A stretch of 64,000 bases of DNA from a bacterium (GCA_963675755.2 CAXXMD010000003.1:1280001-1344000); one strand, 5' to 3'. Positions 39,722-50,126 are shown, counted from the stretch's first letter. The notes: generated by a model from the sequence alone, not told the origin. A program made the numbers and translations.

Positions 39722-40138
39722 CTAATGAGTAGAAAGCAACTCTATTACTTTTGCATAGGTCTGTTGATTTTTACTTTTATATTTATCTAAATATTTTACC
39801 ACAACAAATGAGAGGGCCAGAAACAACAAGCCACCTAAAATCCCAAAACCTTCTGATGACGATTCAGGTCCAAAAGAAGAGCCGACAAAATAACCGACAA
39901 CCAGAAAAATCAATGGTAAAATAAAAACCAGAAATGACGATGTCAACATGGTTTTGGGTTCAATTTCTACCCGCACTCGATCACCTGCTTTAACATTCAA
40001 TGTATTTAAAGCTTCAATACATCTGAATCCGCCGCCAATGGTTTCGCAAATATTGCATTCTTTGCACTGGTCACCCTTTTCCATTTGCACAGTCACTAGA
40101 TTGTTATTTATAGATGTTACTATTCCGTCTTCTGTCAT
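39722..40138 (-). CDS. RseC/MucC (SoxR reducing system) family protein
   Basis: MTEDGIV, CxxCxxC, GDRVRV and FILPL motifs followed by two TM helices. Confidence 0.85.
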   Translation of the reverse strand: MTEDGIVTSINNNLVTVQMEKGDQCKECNICETIGGGFRCIEALNTLNVKAGDRVRVEIEPKTMLTSSFLVFILPLIFLVVGYFVGSSFGPESSSEGFGILGGLLFLALSFVVVKYLDKYKSKNQQTYAKVIELLSTH

Positions 40139-40224
40139 ATATTTTAATTCCAGTTCACAATAATTACAGATGATAATTTAAACAGTTCAAATAGCTCTAT
40201 TGTTCCGCTGATTCAATACGATTT

Positions 40225-41016
40225 TCATTTTAAGCGGTCTAAACGCAGTCTTTCGCGCGAGTCAAACAAGCGTCTTGATCCCAACCACACCGAAGCAACC
40301 GTACCCAAACCAGTGCCGCCGGCAATCATAAACATGATGAGGATCTGGTATTTTACAGCTTCGAGCGGAGGATTTCCGGCAAGAATCTGCCCGGTCATCA
40401 TTCCCGGCAGGCTCACCAGACCGGCAATAGACATGGTATTCAAAATCGGTATCAAACCACCGCGAATACAGTCCCTCCGTAAATCACCAATAGCTTCGCT
40501 CCAATCCTGTCCCAGCATAAGCCGGTTCTCAATTACTGCCTTTTGCTGCCATGCGGATTGGGTAAGCCTGTCAATACCCAGCGTAATGCCGTTCATGGTA
40601 TTCCCCAGCATCATTCCCAGAAAAGGAATGGCATATTGCGGCATGTACCAGGGATCGTTTTGTATTATAAACACCAATGCAAGCACGGTAATGGTAAAGC
40701 TGGACAGCAGCATGGCACCCGTACCCAAGCCCAGGCCCCACCATCCTTTAAAAGGACGTTTTTGCCTGCGTACCACTTCACGTCCCGCCGCCAACAGCAT
40801 AAACACAGCCATAAGTGAAAGCCAACCCAAATGGGTCTGGTCAAATATGACCTTTAACACCAAACCGATCAAAAACAATTGCACAGTTGTCCTGACACCT
40901 GCTATCAGCACCTGTCCCGACAACTTTAATTTCAACAATAGGGAAAGAAGCGCCAGCAGAAAAACCAGTGACGACGCAAAAACCAGGTCGAGTGGACTCA
41001 GGGATATCACATTCAT
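40225..41016 (-). CDS. FetB/YbbM (UPF0014) ABC transporter permease
   Basis: RTTVQL, PQYAIP..GMMLGNTM, GLVSLPGMMTGQILAG and AVKYQI motifs. Confidence 0.9.
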   Translation of the reverse strand: MNVISLSPLDLVFASSLVFLLALLSLLLKLKLSGQVLIAGVRTTVQLFLIGLVLKVIFDQTHLGWLSLMAVFMLLAAGREVVRRQKRPFKGWWGLGLGTGAMLLSSFTITVLALVFIIQNDPWYMPQYAIPFLGMMLGNTMNGITLGIDRLTQSAWQQKAVIENRLMLGQDWSEAIGDLRRDCIRGGLIPILNTMSIAGLVSLPGMMTGQILAGNPPLEAVKYQILIMFMIAGGTGLGTVASVWLGSRRLFDSRERLRLDRLK

Positions 41017-41600
41017 ACGCTCATCCTCTCGAACCGGTCATTCTCAATTCGAAAAATGGGATCTGCCATACGCTGTAATTGCGAAAGATCGTGGCTGACC
41101 CATATCATAGCCGCACCCTGTGATTGTACATAGGATTTTAACAATTGCTCTACCTTGCCGGTATGATCAGGATCCAGATTGGCGGTGGGTTCATCCAGCA
41201 ACAGCACTTGCGGTTTATTTTGCAGCAAGCGTAGTAATGCAAGGCGTTGTTTTTCTCCGCTTGATAGCCGGTTTATGGGCCAATCCATCACATCCGCGGC
41301 CAAACCCACGGATTCAATGTCAACATCCTGATAAAAATGGTCACCAACCTCATCGTACCACCATTGGCTTTCGGCAGGAAGCAAACCCACCTTTTTTCGC
41401 CATTCATGGGGTTTAAAATCACAAATGTTCCGGTCTTGCAGAGAAATAGTGCCAGCAAAGTCCTCAAAATTGATCAACGCCCGCAGGAAAAGCGACTTGC
41501 CGCTGCCGGAAGGACCGCTGATTCCAATGCATTGTCCTTCAGCAAGGGACAGAGATACAGGTGAAATCTTGAAATATGTAAAATCTTTAATCTCTAAAAT
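41013..41600 (-). CDS. FetA/YbbL-like ABC ATP-binding protein with an apparent ATT start
   Basis: The frame is open 41 codons upstream of the ORF-track start and includes Walker A GPSGSGKS. LSSGEKQR, LLLDEP and WVSH follow. There is no in-frame ATG, GTG or TTG before Walker A. Confidence 0.8.
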   Translation of the reverse strand: MLEIKDFTYFKISPVSLSLAEGQCIGISGPSGSGKSLFLRALINFEDFAGTISLQDRNICDFKPHEWRKKVGLLPAESQWWYDEVGDHFYQDVDIESVGLAADVMDWPINRLSSGEKQRLALLRLLQNKPQVLLLDEPTANLDPDHTGKVEQLLKSYVQSQGAAMIWVSHDLSQLQRMADPIFRIENDRFERMSV

Positions 41601-41614
41601 GGATCATATCCTTG

Positions 41615-42823
41615 TTAAAAAACAACTTCTGTTGCTAATTCAAAAATCTTGGTTTCTGATAATTCATATCCATTCCATGTAGGAATATCGCTGGATGTAT
41701 GATCATAATCTAACAGCAGTTTGCATCCCGGTAAAAAACGATATGCAATACCTGCAATATATCGTTCTGTGGATTGGGTTCCAATAAACCATTCCTGATC
41801 CAGGGTGTCGTACCTGCCCATTAAACTCCATTTAGATTTAGGTATTTTGACTTCCGCAAAGGCTGAGCGTCCTTTTTGATCAATGGCCTCAATTATATCT
41901 GCGCTACCATCTTCGACATTCTTTATAGAATTTACATGCGTACCTTCATAATTTCCGGTACCGGTGTAATAACTGCCGGTTAAAACCAGGTGCCGGTTCT
42001 CGTACGAGACAAATCCTGACTGCATTTCCCAGTCGTGCGCATCTACAGTATTACCCTTACCAATGCCACCGTGCCAACTGAATTGGAGTCCAGTCAGGTG
42101 CCTGGGGAGCGGACGCAGAGTTAACCGCCATTCAAAGGTCTTGTTTTCATTTTCTTCAACCGCATGGTATCCGCCACCATTATAAATACCCATAGCAAAG
42201 CTGCCATATTTACCGGGGTTTTTCTTGTTCACCAGCTTTTGATAATTCTTGTCCAGTTCACCGCCAAACAGTGTCATAAATTGAATACCGTAATCCGCTG
42301 AATTGACAATATCTTCTCGCTCCAGAAACATTTGTCCCTGCACACGATATTGATTTATACTCTGCTCAAAATCGATCCAGGGGCGATGCACCAGCCCGAA
42401 TTCAACAGAGGGTTTGACAAACATACCAATATGATCAAAAGTATATTTAATATAGCAATACTTTAAACGCATTTCAATATCACCGCGGCCGTCACCTTCC
42501 TTGTCCACTGAAATATCCGGAGTAATTCTACCAGAAAGGTGTTCAGAAAAGGTCTTTTTTATGTCAATATAACCGCGTTTTAAACCGAATTCATTAAATG
42601 GACCATCATCCGTATCTCCGCCGTGCCAGGTTAAGAACCATTGCCCTGAAATGGAGGTACCGAACAATCCTTCAACAATTTTATTTCGCCAGTCAGAATC
42701 CAGATTGTTCAAAGCCCGCTCTATCACAGAATCGTCTTGAGAAAAAACTGGTGAAACATTAAAAAATATACACACTACCAGAAATGAAAAAACGGTTTCT
42801 GCCAAAACGTTTTTCACTACCAA
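41615..42823 (-). CDS. Probable outer-membrane porin (phosphate-selective porin-like beta barrel)
   Basis: Signal peptide; FGLKRGY, RLKYCY, IYNGGGY and GRYD motifs; alternating beta strands; C-terminal Phe. Confidence 0.65.
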   Translation of the reverse strand: MVVKNVLAETVFSFLVVCIFFNVSPVFSQDDSVIERALNNLDSDWRNKIVEGLFGTSISGQWFLTWHGGDTDDGPFNEFGLKRGYIDIKKTFSEHLSGRITPDISVDKEGDGRGDIEMRLKYCYIKYTFDHIGMFVKPSVEFGLVHRPWIDFEQSINQYRVQGQMFLEREDIVNSADYGIQFMTLFGGELDKNYQKLVNKKNPGKYGSFAMGIYNGGGYHAVEENENKTFEWRLTLRPLPRHLTGLQFSWHGGIGKGNTVDAHDWEMQSGFVSYENRHLVLTGSYYTGTGNYEGTHVNSIKNVEDGSADIIEAIDQKGRSAFAEVKIPKSKWSLMGRYDTLDQEWFIGTQSTERYIAGIAYRFLPGCKLLLDYDHTSSDIPTWNGYELSETKIFELATEVVF

Positions 42824-42842
42824 CCTCTTTATTAATTCAAAT

Positions 42843-43301
42843 TCAGGAGTATTCAGCCAATTCCAAAACTACACCATCGGGGTCCAGAAAATAAAGCAGT
42901 GTTTTTTCCCCATCATCATGTTTCACTGCGCTTGCCGGTACTTTAACAGGTTCGCCAAATGTGCTTACACCTTCCTTTTGCAATTTTTCAGCAAAAGCAG
43001 TTAGATTTTCTACCTTGAATGCAATATGTCGCAATCCATGTGTATTTGGAACGGAATTTTCTGCAATACTCTGCCCTTTGGGGCTCTTGTAACACAGCAG
43101 CTCAATTCGGGGTTCACCCGCCGGTGCAGTGATATAGGCTACATCCGCCTCTACGCCATTCAGGCTTACCACATTATCAATCCAGCCCCCTTCAAGATGG
43201 GCTCTTTTTTTCTCTGTAAATCCCAAAATACGGGTATAAAAATCAACAGAACGTTCAAGGTTTGAAACAACTATATTGATATGGTCAACAGACTTTATCA
43301 T
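42843..43301 (-). CDS. VOC/glyoxalase family protein
   Basis: DHINIVV, RIELL, GLRHIAF and DPDGVVLEL motifs. Confidence 0.9.
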   Translation of the reverse strand: MIKSVDHINIVVSNLERSVDFYTRILGFTEKKRAHLEGGWIDNVVSLNGVEADVAYITAPAGEPRIELLCYKSPKGQSIAENSVPNTHGLRHIAFKVENLTAFAEKLQKEGVSTFGEPVKVPASAVKHDDGEKTLLYFLDPDGVVLELAEYS

Positions 43302-43321
43302 AATATCCTTAAATGTGTGGA

Positions 43322-43900
43322 TTAAACATACGGTCTAACATCAACAACCACCATACCTGCCTTTTCAGCAGCTTCAAAACCGGCAACTCCATCTTCAAAC
43401 ACCTGGCAAGCACGGGGCTTTACATCAATAGCCTTGGCGGCAGCCAGAAATATATCGGGAGAGGGTTTGGGTTCAACATCATCATCCGCGGTAATAATAA
43501 CGTCAAAATAGCCCAACAAGCCGATGGCTTTGATTATATTTTCAACATTTACACGTGTTCCCCCGGAAGCAACGGCCATAGGAAGCACACCTTTATAATT
43601 TTTAACAATTTGGGTAACAGGCTCAAAGGGTTTGGCGTGCAGTAACTTTTGTTTTACCAGAGTGTTTTTTTCCCGTGCTACCACGTCAATATCCAGATTA
43701 TGTTCAAACCTGTTGTTAAAAAGCTGCACAATCTGCGGTGCGGGAATTCCACCCAGTTCCCGTAAAAATTCCAGGGGACATTCAGCTCCGTATGCTTTAA
43801 ATGCATCGCGCCAGGCCTGCCAATGTAACGGCATTGTATCCGCAAGGGTTCCGTCACAGTCAAAAATCAGTCCTTTGGTATTTTTGTAGACTTGAAGCAT
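43322..43900 (-). CDS. HAD family phosphatase (YqaB/beta-phosphoglucomutase-like)
   Basis: FDCDGTLADT, KPSPDIF and FEDG motifs. Confidence 0.9.
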   Translation of the reverse strand: MLQVYKNTKGLIFDCDGTLADTMPLHWQAWRDAFKAYGAECPLEFLRELGGIPAPQIVQLFNNRFEHNLDIDVVAREKNTLVKQKLLHAKPFEPVTQIVKNYKGVLPMAVASGGTRVNVENIIKAIGLLGYFDVIITADDDVEPKPSPDIFLAAAKAIDVKPRACQVFEDGVAGFEAAEKAGMVVVDVRPYV

Positions 43901-44073
43901 TCAATCTCCTCTAACTCGTGTTTGCAGATAAATCGGTATAAATTAGAAATTTTTTTCTGCAAAGACAACTAAAAAGGGCTCTTAATCCGTTATCATTATA
44001 AAATTTAATTGTTTTTCACACATAAATATATTACTATATTTTATAAACTTAAATCTATTATCGGAGGGGCAAC

Positions 44074-46077
44074 ATGATCAAAAAAAACGCATTGATCCTA
44101 GTAATTGTTATATCCCTTGGATTTGTTGGATGCTCGCTATTAACCAACCCGGCTGCAAATATTCAAATGCCCGCCATGTTCAGCAGCAATATGGTATTAC
44201 AGCAAGGTGTTCCAGTTCCTTTTTGGGGCACTGCCAGTCCGGGTGGTACCGTTACAATCAAAATCAATGATCTGGAAGCAAAAACAACCGTTGCAGAAGA
44301 CAGCACCTGGCGAATTGATTTCCCTGCATTTGAATCGTATGGAGGCCCATATACCGTAGAGATTAAAGGTAAAGAATCTTTGGTGTTTGAAAATGTATTA
44401 GTGGGTGAAGTCTGGCTTTGTTCAGGTCAGTCCAACATGGAAATGCCGCTGGCTGGTTGGGGTGAGATCCTGAACTTTGAGCAGGAAATTGCAAACGCCA
44501 ACCACCCAAACATCCGATTGCTGAGCGTTGCCCGCACAATGAAAAACACACCCCAAACCGATATTATCAGTGATGGCTGGGTAGAATGCTCTCCGCAAAC
44601 TATACCGGAATTTTCAGCAACAGCCTATTTTTTTGGACGGCATCTAAATCAGAATCTCGACATACCCATTGGACTGATTCATAGCTCCTGGGGTGGCACA
44701 CTTGCTGAAGCATGGACCAGTGCAGCATCACTTGCAACATTGCCGGATTTTAAAGATCGTGTCAATTTGACCCAGGAAGAAGTAGATCAGAGTTTTGAAG
44801 CACAAATGCAAAAATATGAACGGGACATGCAAAACTGGAACGCCCGTGTTGAAGCCATCATCCATGAAACCCAGGGTAATGGTCCTGACTGGCAAAGCCC
44901 GGATCTGGATACTCGCTCATGGAATTACATGAACCTGCCCGTACTGTGGGAAAAAGCAGGACTGGAAGAATTTGACGGCATTGTCTGGTTCCATAAAGAA
45001 ATCAACTTGTCTGCAGAACAGGCTGCAACCGATGCTGAAATTCAACTGGGGCCTATTGATGATGTTGATATTACATTTATTAACGGTTCCCAGATTGGAA
45101 CAACCGGTACATACAATACAAAACGAGTGTATTCGATACCTGCATCCGTTCTAAAAGCCGGAAAAAATCTGATAGCCATCCAGGTACTGGATACCGGTGG
45201 CGGAGGTGGTATTTGGGGTTCCCCACAAGAGATGAAACTGGTTCCCGGCAGCGGCAGTCCTATCCGATTAGATGGACTATGGAAGTATAAAGTAGGTTTG
45301 GAAATGGCTTCTATACCTCCGCAGCCGCAATCGCCTCAAAGCCCGCACCGGCTCAGTGTACTTTATAATGGTATGATCCATCCGTTGGTTCCTTTTGCAA
45401 TCCGAGGTGCTATCTGGTACCAGGGCGAATCCAATGCAGGACGCGCATACCAGTATCGCGATCTTTTCAAAACCATGATACAGGATTGGCGATCAAAATG
45501 GAACCTGGGAGATTTCCCCTTTATTTTCACCCAACTTGCCAACTATCAAGCCTATAAAGATCAGCCCGGTGATGATGAATGGGCAGAGCTACGAGAAGCA
45601 CAATTCATGGCACTGGATCTTCCCAATACCGGCATGGCCGTTACCATTGATATTGGAGATGCAGGTGACATTCACCCTAAAAACAAACAGGATGTAGGTA
45701 AACGGTTGGCACTCAACGCACTGAACAGTGTTTACGGTAAAACCGATGTGGTACCATGCGGCCCGCTTTATAAATCTTCTGCTGTAGAAGAGGGAAAAAT
45801 CCGTATCAGTTTTGACCAGGTGGATGGCGGACTCGAAGCCAAAGGCGGAGCATTACAGGGTTTTGCAATTGCCGGAAGTGACAAAAAATGGGTTTGGGCC
45901 AATGCGGTTATTGATGGAGAAACTGTTGTTGTTTCCAGTCCATCTGTTGCCAATCCCGTTGCCGTACGTTACGCATGGCAGAGCAACCCTCGCTGTAATT
46001 TGTATAACAAGGCCGGACTGCCGGCATCACCTTTCCGCACAGATAACTGGAAAGGTATAACCGCGGGTAAAAAGTAA
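44074..46077 (+). CDS. Sialate O-acetylesterase (SASA) lipoprotein, copy 1
   Basis: Lipobox FVGC; GEVWLCSGQSNME, WYQGESN and DIHP motifs; inserted jelly-roll domain. Confidence 0.9.
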   Translation: MIKKNALILVIVISLGFVGCSLLTNPAANIQMPAMFSSNMVLQQGVPVPFWGTASPGGTVTIKINDLEAKTTVAEDSTWRIDFPAFESYGGPYTVEIKGKESLVFENVLVGEVWLCSGQSNMEMPLAGWGEILNFEQEIANANHPNIRLLSVARTMKNTPQTDIISDGWVECSPQTIPEFSATAYFFGRHLNQNLDIPIGLIHSSWGGTLAEAWTSAASLATLPDFKDRVNLTQEEVDQSFEAQMQKYERDMQNWNARVEAIIHETQGNGPDWQSPDLDTRSWNYMNLPVLWEKAGLEEFDGIVWFHKEINLSAEQAATDAEIQLGPIDDVDITFINGSQIGTTGTYNTKRVYSIPASVLKAGKNLIAIQVLDTGGGGGIWGSPQEMKLVPGSGSPIRLDGLWKYKVGLEMASIPPQPQSPQSPHRLSVLYNGMIHPLVPFAIRGAIWYQGESNAGRAYQYRDLFKTMIQDWRSKWNLGDFPFIFTQLANYQAYKDQPGDDEWAELREAQFMALDLPNTGMAVTIDIGDAGDIHPKNKQDVGKRLALNALNSVYGKTDVVPCGPLYKSSAVEEGKIRISFDQVDGGLEAKGGALQGFAIAGSDKKWVWANAVIDGETVVVSSPSVANPVAVRYAWQSNPRCNLYNKAGLPASPFRTDNWKGITAGKK

Positions 46078-46150
46078 CATTTTTATATAATAGAGAATTT
46101 TTAACAGTCATTATAGACATAAAACAACTTAACAACTCGAGGAGTTTTTG

Positions 46151-48220
46151 ATGAGAGAAACGATCAAATCTAATTCACAAAGGGAAAAATCATTCTTGAG
46201 AATCATTAAAAAAGCCCTTTACTGGGTCAATGTAACTTTTCTATTAGTAGCCTTATCTGGCTATTTTGTTGGCTGTTCTCTATTACAAAACCCGGCTGCA
46301 AACATTCAAATGCCCGCAATGTTCAGCAGCAACATGGTATTGCAGCAAGGTATACCTGTTCCCTTTTGGGGCACTGCAAGTCCGGGTGGTACCGTTACAA
46401 TTAAAATAAATGATCTGGAAGCAAAAACAACCGTTGCAGAAGACAGCACCTGGCGCATTGATTTCCCGGCGTTTGAATCGTATGGAGGTCCATATACCGT
46501 AGAAATTCAAGGTAAAGAAACAATGGTCTTTGGCAATGTTATGGTAGGTGAAGTCTGGGTCTGTTCAGGGCAATCCAACATGGAAATGCCGCTGGCAGGC
46601 TGGGGTGAGATCCTGAACTTTGAACAGGAAATTGCAAACGCCAACCACCCAAACATTCGATTGCTGAGCGTTGCCCACGCTATTAAGAATACGCCTCAAT
46701 CTGATATTATTAGCGATGGCTGGGTTGAGTGTTCTCCGGAGAATATCCCCTACTTTTCAGCAACAGCCTATTTTTTCGGACGACATCTGAACCAGAATCT
46801 GGATATTCCCATTGGGCTCATCCACACCTCATGGGGCGGTACTCCCGCGGAAGCATGGACCAGTGCGGCATCACTTGCCACATTGCCCGATTTTAAAGAC
46901 TGTATCAATTTAACCCAGGAAGAAGTAGAACAGAGCTTTGAAGCACAAATGCAACAATATGAACGTGACCTGCAAAAATGGAACGATAATTTAGATGCAA
47001 TGATTCAAAAAACTCAGGGAAACGGTCCGAAATGGGACAGCCCTGACCTGGATACACGTTCATGGAATTATATGAACCTGCCCGTACTGTGGGAAAAAGC
47101 CGGATTGGAAGGTTTTGACGGTGTTGTATGGTTTCGTAAAGAAATCAGTCTGACAGCTGCACAGGCAGAGGCCGATGCAGAAATTCATCTTGGCCCCATA
47201 AATGATATTGACATAACTCTGGTAAATGGTACCCAAATCGGTTCCTTACGGGCACATGACCTTAAAAGAGTATACACTATACCCGCATCAGTTCTCAAAG
47301 CAGGCAAAAACATAATTGCTGTACAGGTTTTAGACATTGGCGGTAATGGCGGCCTTTGGGGAACAGCTAACGAGATGAAACTCTTTCCGGCAAGCGGTGA
47401 CCCCATTCGTCTGGATGGCCTCTGGAAGTATAAACCCGGACTCGAAATGGCATCCGTACCACCACAGCCGCAATCCCCCGAAAGCCCGAATCGCCTCAGC
47501 GTACTTTATAACGGCATGCTCCACCCGTTGGCCCCTTTTGCAATTCAGGGCGCTATCTGGTACCAGGGTGAATCCAATGCGGGACGCGCATACCAGTACC
47601 GAGATCTTTTTAAAACCATGATACAGGATTGGCGGTCATTATGGGGACAAGGCGATTTCCCCTTTATCTTTACACAACTTGCTAATTTCAAAGCTTATAA
47701 AAACCAACCCGGTGATGATGACTGGGCAGAGCTGCGCGAAGGACAACTCATGGCATTGGATCTTCCCAATACCGGCATGGCTGTTACAATAGACATTGGC
47801 AATGCAGACGATATACATCCCAAAAACAAACAGGATGTAGGCAAACGGCTTGCGCTTAACGCCCTGAACAGCGTTTACGGTAAAACCGATGTGGTACCTT
47901 GCGGTCCGCTTTATAAATCCTCTACTGTAGAAGAGGGAAAAATCCGTATCACTTTCGACCAGGTAGATGGCGGTCTCGAAGCCAAAGGCGGAGCGTTAAA
48001 AGGCTTTGCTATTGCCGGTAATGATAAAAAATGGGTGTGGGCAAATGCAGTTATTGATGGAGAAACCGTTGTTGTTTCCAGTCCTTCTGTTGCCAATCCC
48101 GTTGCCGTTCGTTACGCATGGCAGGCAAATCCCCGCTGTAATTTATACAACAAGGCCGGACTGCCGGCATCGCCTTTCCGCACAGATACCTGGAAGGGAA
48201 TCACCGCGGGTAAAAAATAA
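46151..48220 (+). CDS. Sialate O-acetylesterase (SASA) lipoprotein, copy 2
   Basis: Same motifs and collinear with copy 1 from FVGC to the stop; longer, unrelated signal peptide; GGAG RBS. Confidence 0.9.
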   Translation: MRETIKSNSQREKSFLRIIKKALYWVNVTFLLVALSGYFVGCSLLQNPAANIQMPAMFSSNMVLQQGIPVPFWGTASPGGTVTIKINDLEAKTTVAEDSTWRIDFPAFESYGGPYTVEIQGKETMVFGNVMVGEVWVCSGQSNMEMPLAGWGEILNFEQEIANANHPNIRLLSVAHAIKNTPQSDIISDGWVECSPENIPYFSATAYFFGRHLNQNLDIPIGLIHTSWGGTPAEAWTSAASLATLPDFKDCINLTQEEVEQSFEAQMQQYERDLQKWNDNLDAMIQKTQGNGPKWDSPDLDTRSWNYMNLPVLWEKAGLEGFDGVVWFRKEISLTAAQAEADAEIHLGPINDIDITLVNGTQIGSLRAHDLKRVYTIPASVLKAGKNIIAVQVLDIGGNGGLWGTANEMKLFPASGDPIRLDGLWKYKPGLEMASVPPQPQSPESPNRLSVLYNGMLHPLAPFAIQGAIWYQGESNAGRAYQYRDLFKTMIQDWRSLWGQGDFPFIFTQLANFKAYKNQPGDDDWAELREGQLMALDLPNTGMAVTIDIGNADDIHPKNKQDVGKRLALNALNSVYGKTDVVPCGPLYKSSTVEEGKIRITFDQVDGGLEAKGGALKGFAIAGNDKKWVWANAVIDGETVVVSSPSVANPVAVRYAWQANPRCNLYNKAGLPASPFRTDTWKGITAGKK

Positions 48221-48245
48221 AACGACTTGAATATAGAACAGATTG

Positions 48246-48278
48246 AAAGCGCAGGAATTAAATTCCTGCGCTTTTTTT
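48246..48278 (+). terminator. Rho-independent terminator
   Basis: AAAGCGCAGGAATT-a-AATTCCTGCGCTTT followed by a T-run. Confidence 0.85.
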
Positions 48279-48314
48279 ATTTTCTAACACTCTTGAATGG
48301 CTGTGATAAAGCAC

Positions 48315-48343
48315 TTGATTAAAGGTTTTAAAAAGTGTAAATT
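48315..48343 (+). promoter_or_regulatory. Putative sigma70-type promoter of the MFS gene
   Basis: TTGATT-N17-TAAATT; motif match only. Confidence 0.35.
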
Positions 48344-48396
48344 GTCCGGTATTTTTCGACAAATTTTTTACTTTTTGCAGCACAAGGAGTTATTCA

Positions 48397-49983
48397 ATGA
48401 GTGAAGCGGTGAGTCCCGGGACACCTGAGAAAAAATCATTCACAAAAATCATCAAAGAAGCATTTTCCGAATTGGCAGAAACCCTGGTAGCTTTTGTTAA
48501 AGCACCCCGCGCCCTGTACGGAATAAACATTCCCTATATTATTGAAGGATTGGTATACTTTGGCTTGCTTACCATTCTGGGAAAATATTGCTCTGAAAAC
48601 GTAGCATTAACAGATGTTCAAGCCGGCTGGGTATATGGCGGTGTGACCGGTGGTATTACCTTTGCCATGCTGTTACTAGGCGGTGTGGTGGACAAGATCG
48701 GCGTACGTGTTTCTCTGGCTTTGGCATTTTTTATTATGGCCATTGGTCGTTTGTTGATATCCATATCGGGCACAATGCCACTGGGCAGCGGAATTGGTTC
48801 GCCCATGTTCCTGGTCATGTCCGCTGGATTATTATTGATGGTTTCCGCATACGGGCTCTACCAACCCGCCGCTTATGCCGGTGTAAAGCGCTATACCAAT
48901 CCGCAAACCTCAGCGATGGGTTACGCGGTACTGTATGCCCTGATGAACCTGGGTGCTTTTGTCTTCGGACCGATATCTTCTTTTACCCGTCAAAAATTTG
49001 AAAACACCTTTCCCCCTAATGGATTGACCGCTGTATTCTGGCTGCTGACCGGATTAACAGTTTTATCTCTGTTTTTGTTTTTAGCAATTACCACCAAAAA
49101 AGTGGACCAGGAAGCTGCCGATCGCTCAAAGCGTGAACACAGCGAAATGAAGTCTGAATCCAAAGAGAAAAAAGAAACACCCGTTGAAACCCCCAAAGTA
49201 AAAATTAACAACCTGCCTGCATTCTTTTTATTTGGACTGGATATCGTTGCGCTGGGATTTATGATCAACGCGTTAATGAAAGGTTTTAAAAGCAGTATCA
49301 TCATAACTGCTACATTGTTTGGCATTCTCTTGGTCGCCGGTACCTGGGAATACCTGCGTCATCGTCCCGATCACCCCTTTCGTGATACCCGGTTGGTGTT
49401 TTTCATCTTTATTCTGATCCCTGTGCAAACCCTGTTTGCGCACAACTGGCTGACCATACCTTACTATCTGGACCGCGCATTTGCCGGCACCTGGGTCAGC
49501 AACAATTTCGAGATTCTTGCTAATCTGAATCCCATCATGATCTTTGTGCTTACCCCCATTATTGCGGGCCTTACAGCCAAAGCCGATGTTTACAAAATGA
49601 TGATCTGGGGCACCCTGGTCATGGCAGCGCCTACCTTTTTACTTGCAGTTGGGCCTGTGGCGGTATTTTTTGTGATCTATATAGTCATCATGTCAGTAGG
49701 AGAAGCCATGTGGCAGCCGCGCTTTTTACAATGGATTGCTGATATTGCTCCCGAAGGCAAAACCGGCGCGTACATGGGAATTGGACAGTTTCCCTGGTTT
49801 CTCACCAAGCTGGTCACTTCTCTCTATTCCGGTTATTTTGTAGCCAACTATATCCCAAAACCCGGTTCAGACATTGTACCGCGCTCGGGACAAATGTGGC
49901 TGATCTATGCGGTTATAGCCATGATCTCGCCCCTTGCCTTGTGGATGGCCAAAAACTGGATGATCAAGGGGATGAAAAAATAA
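48397..49983 (+). CDS. MFS transporter (POT/peptide-like)
   Basis: AAGGAG RBS; GGVVDKIGVR motif A; MNLG and SVGEAMWQP motifs; about 14 TM helices. Confidence 0.85.
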   Translation: MSEAVSPGTPEKKSFTKIIKEAFSELAETLVAFVKAPRALYGINIPYIIEGLVYFGLLTILGKYCSENVALTDVQAGWVYGGVTGGITFAMLLLGGVVDKIGVRVSLALAFFIMAIGRLLISISGTMPLGSGIGSPMFLVMSAGLLLMVSAYGLYQPAAYAGVKRYTNPQTSAMGYAVLYALMNLGAFVFGPISSFTRQKFENTFPPNGLTAVFWLLTGLTVLSLFLFLAITTKKVDQEAADRSKREHSEMKSESKEKKETPVETPKVKINNLPAFFLFGLDIVALGFMINALMKGFKSSIIITATLFGILLVAGTWEYLRHRPDHPFRDTRLVFFIFILIPVQTLFAHNWLTIPYYLDRAFAGTWVSNNFEILANLNPIMIFVLTPIIAGLTAKADVYKMMIWGTLVMAAPTFLLAVGPVAVFFVIYIVIMSVGEAMWQPRFLQWIADIAPEGKTGAYMGIGQFPWFLTKLVTSLYSGYFVANYIPKPGSDIVPRSGQMWLIYAVIAMISPLALWMAKNWMIKGMKK

Positions 49984-49994
49984 CTTTTTCTTTA

Positions 49995-50057
49995 CAGGAT
50001 TTAAGGATGACAGGATTGATATGGGGGCTGCTATAATCCTGTTGTCTTTTAATCCTG
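49995..50057. repeat. Imperfect inverted repeat built from CAGGATT units
   Basis: CAGGATTTAAGGATGACAGGATT ... AATCCTGTTGTCTTTTAATCCTG (19 of 23 positions complementary). Confidence 0.7.
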
Positions 50058-50126
50058 ATCTTCGAATCTACTACATTCAAACGATATATTCTTGATACCT
50101 CTGCATCCGTGAGAATATTTTAATGA

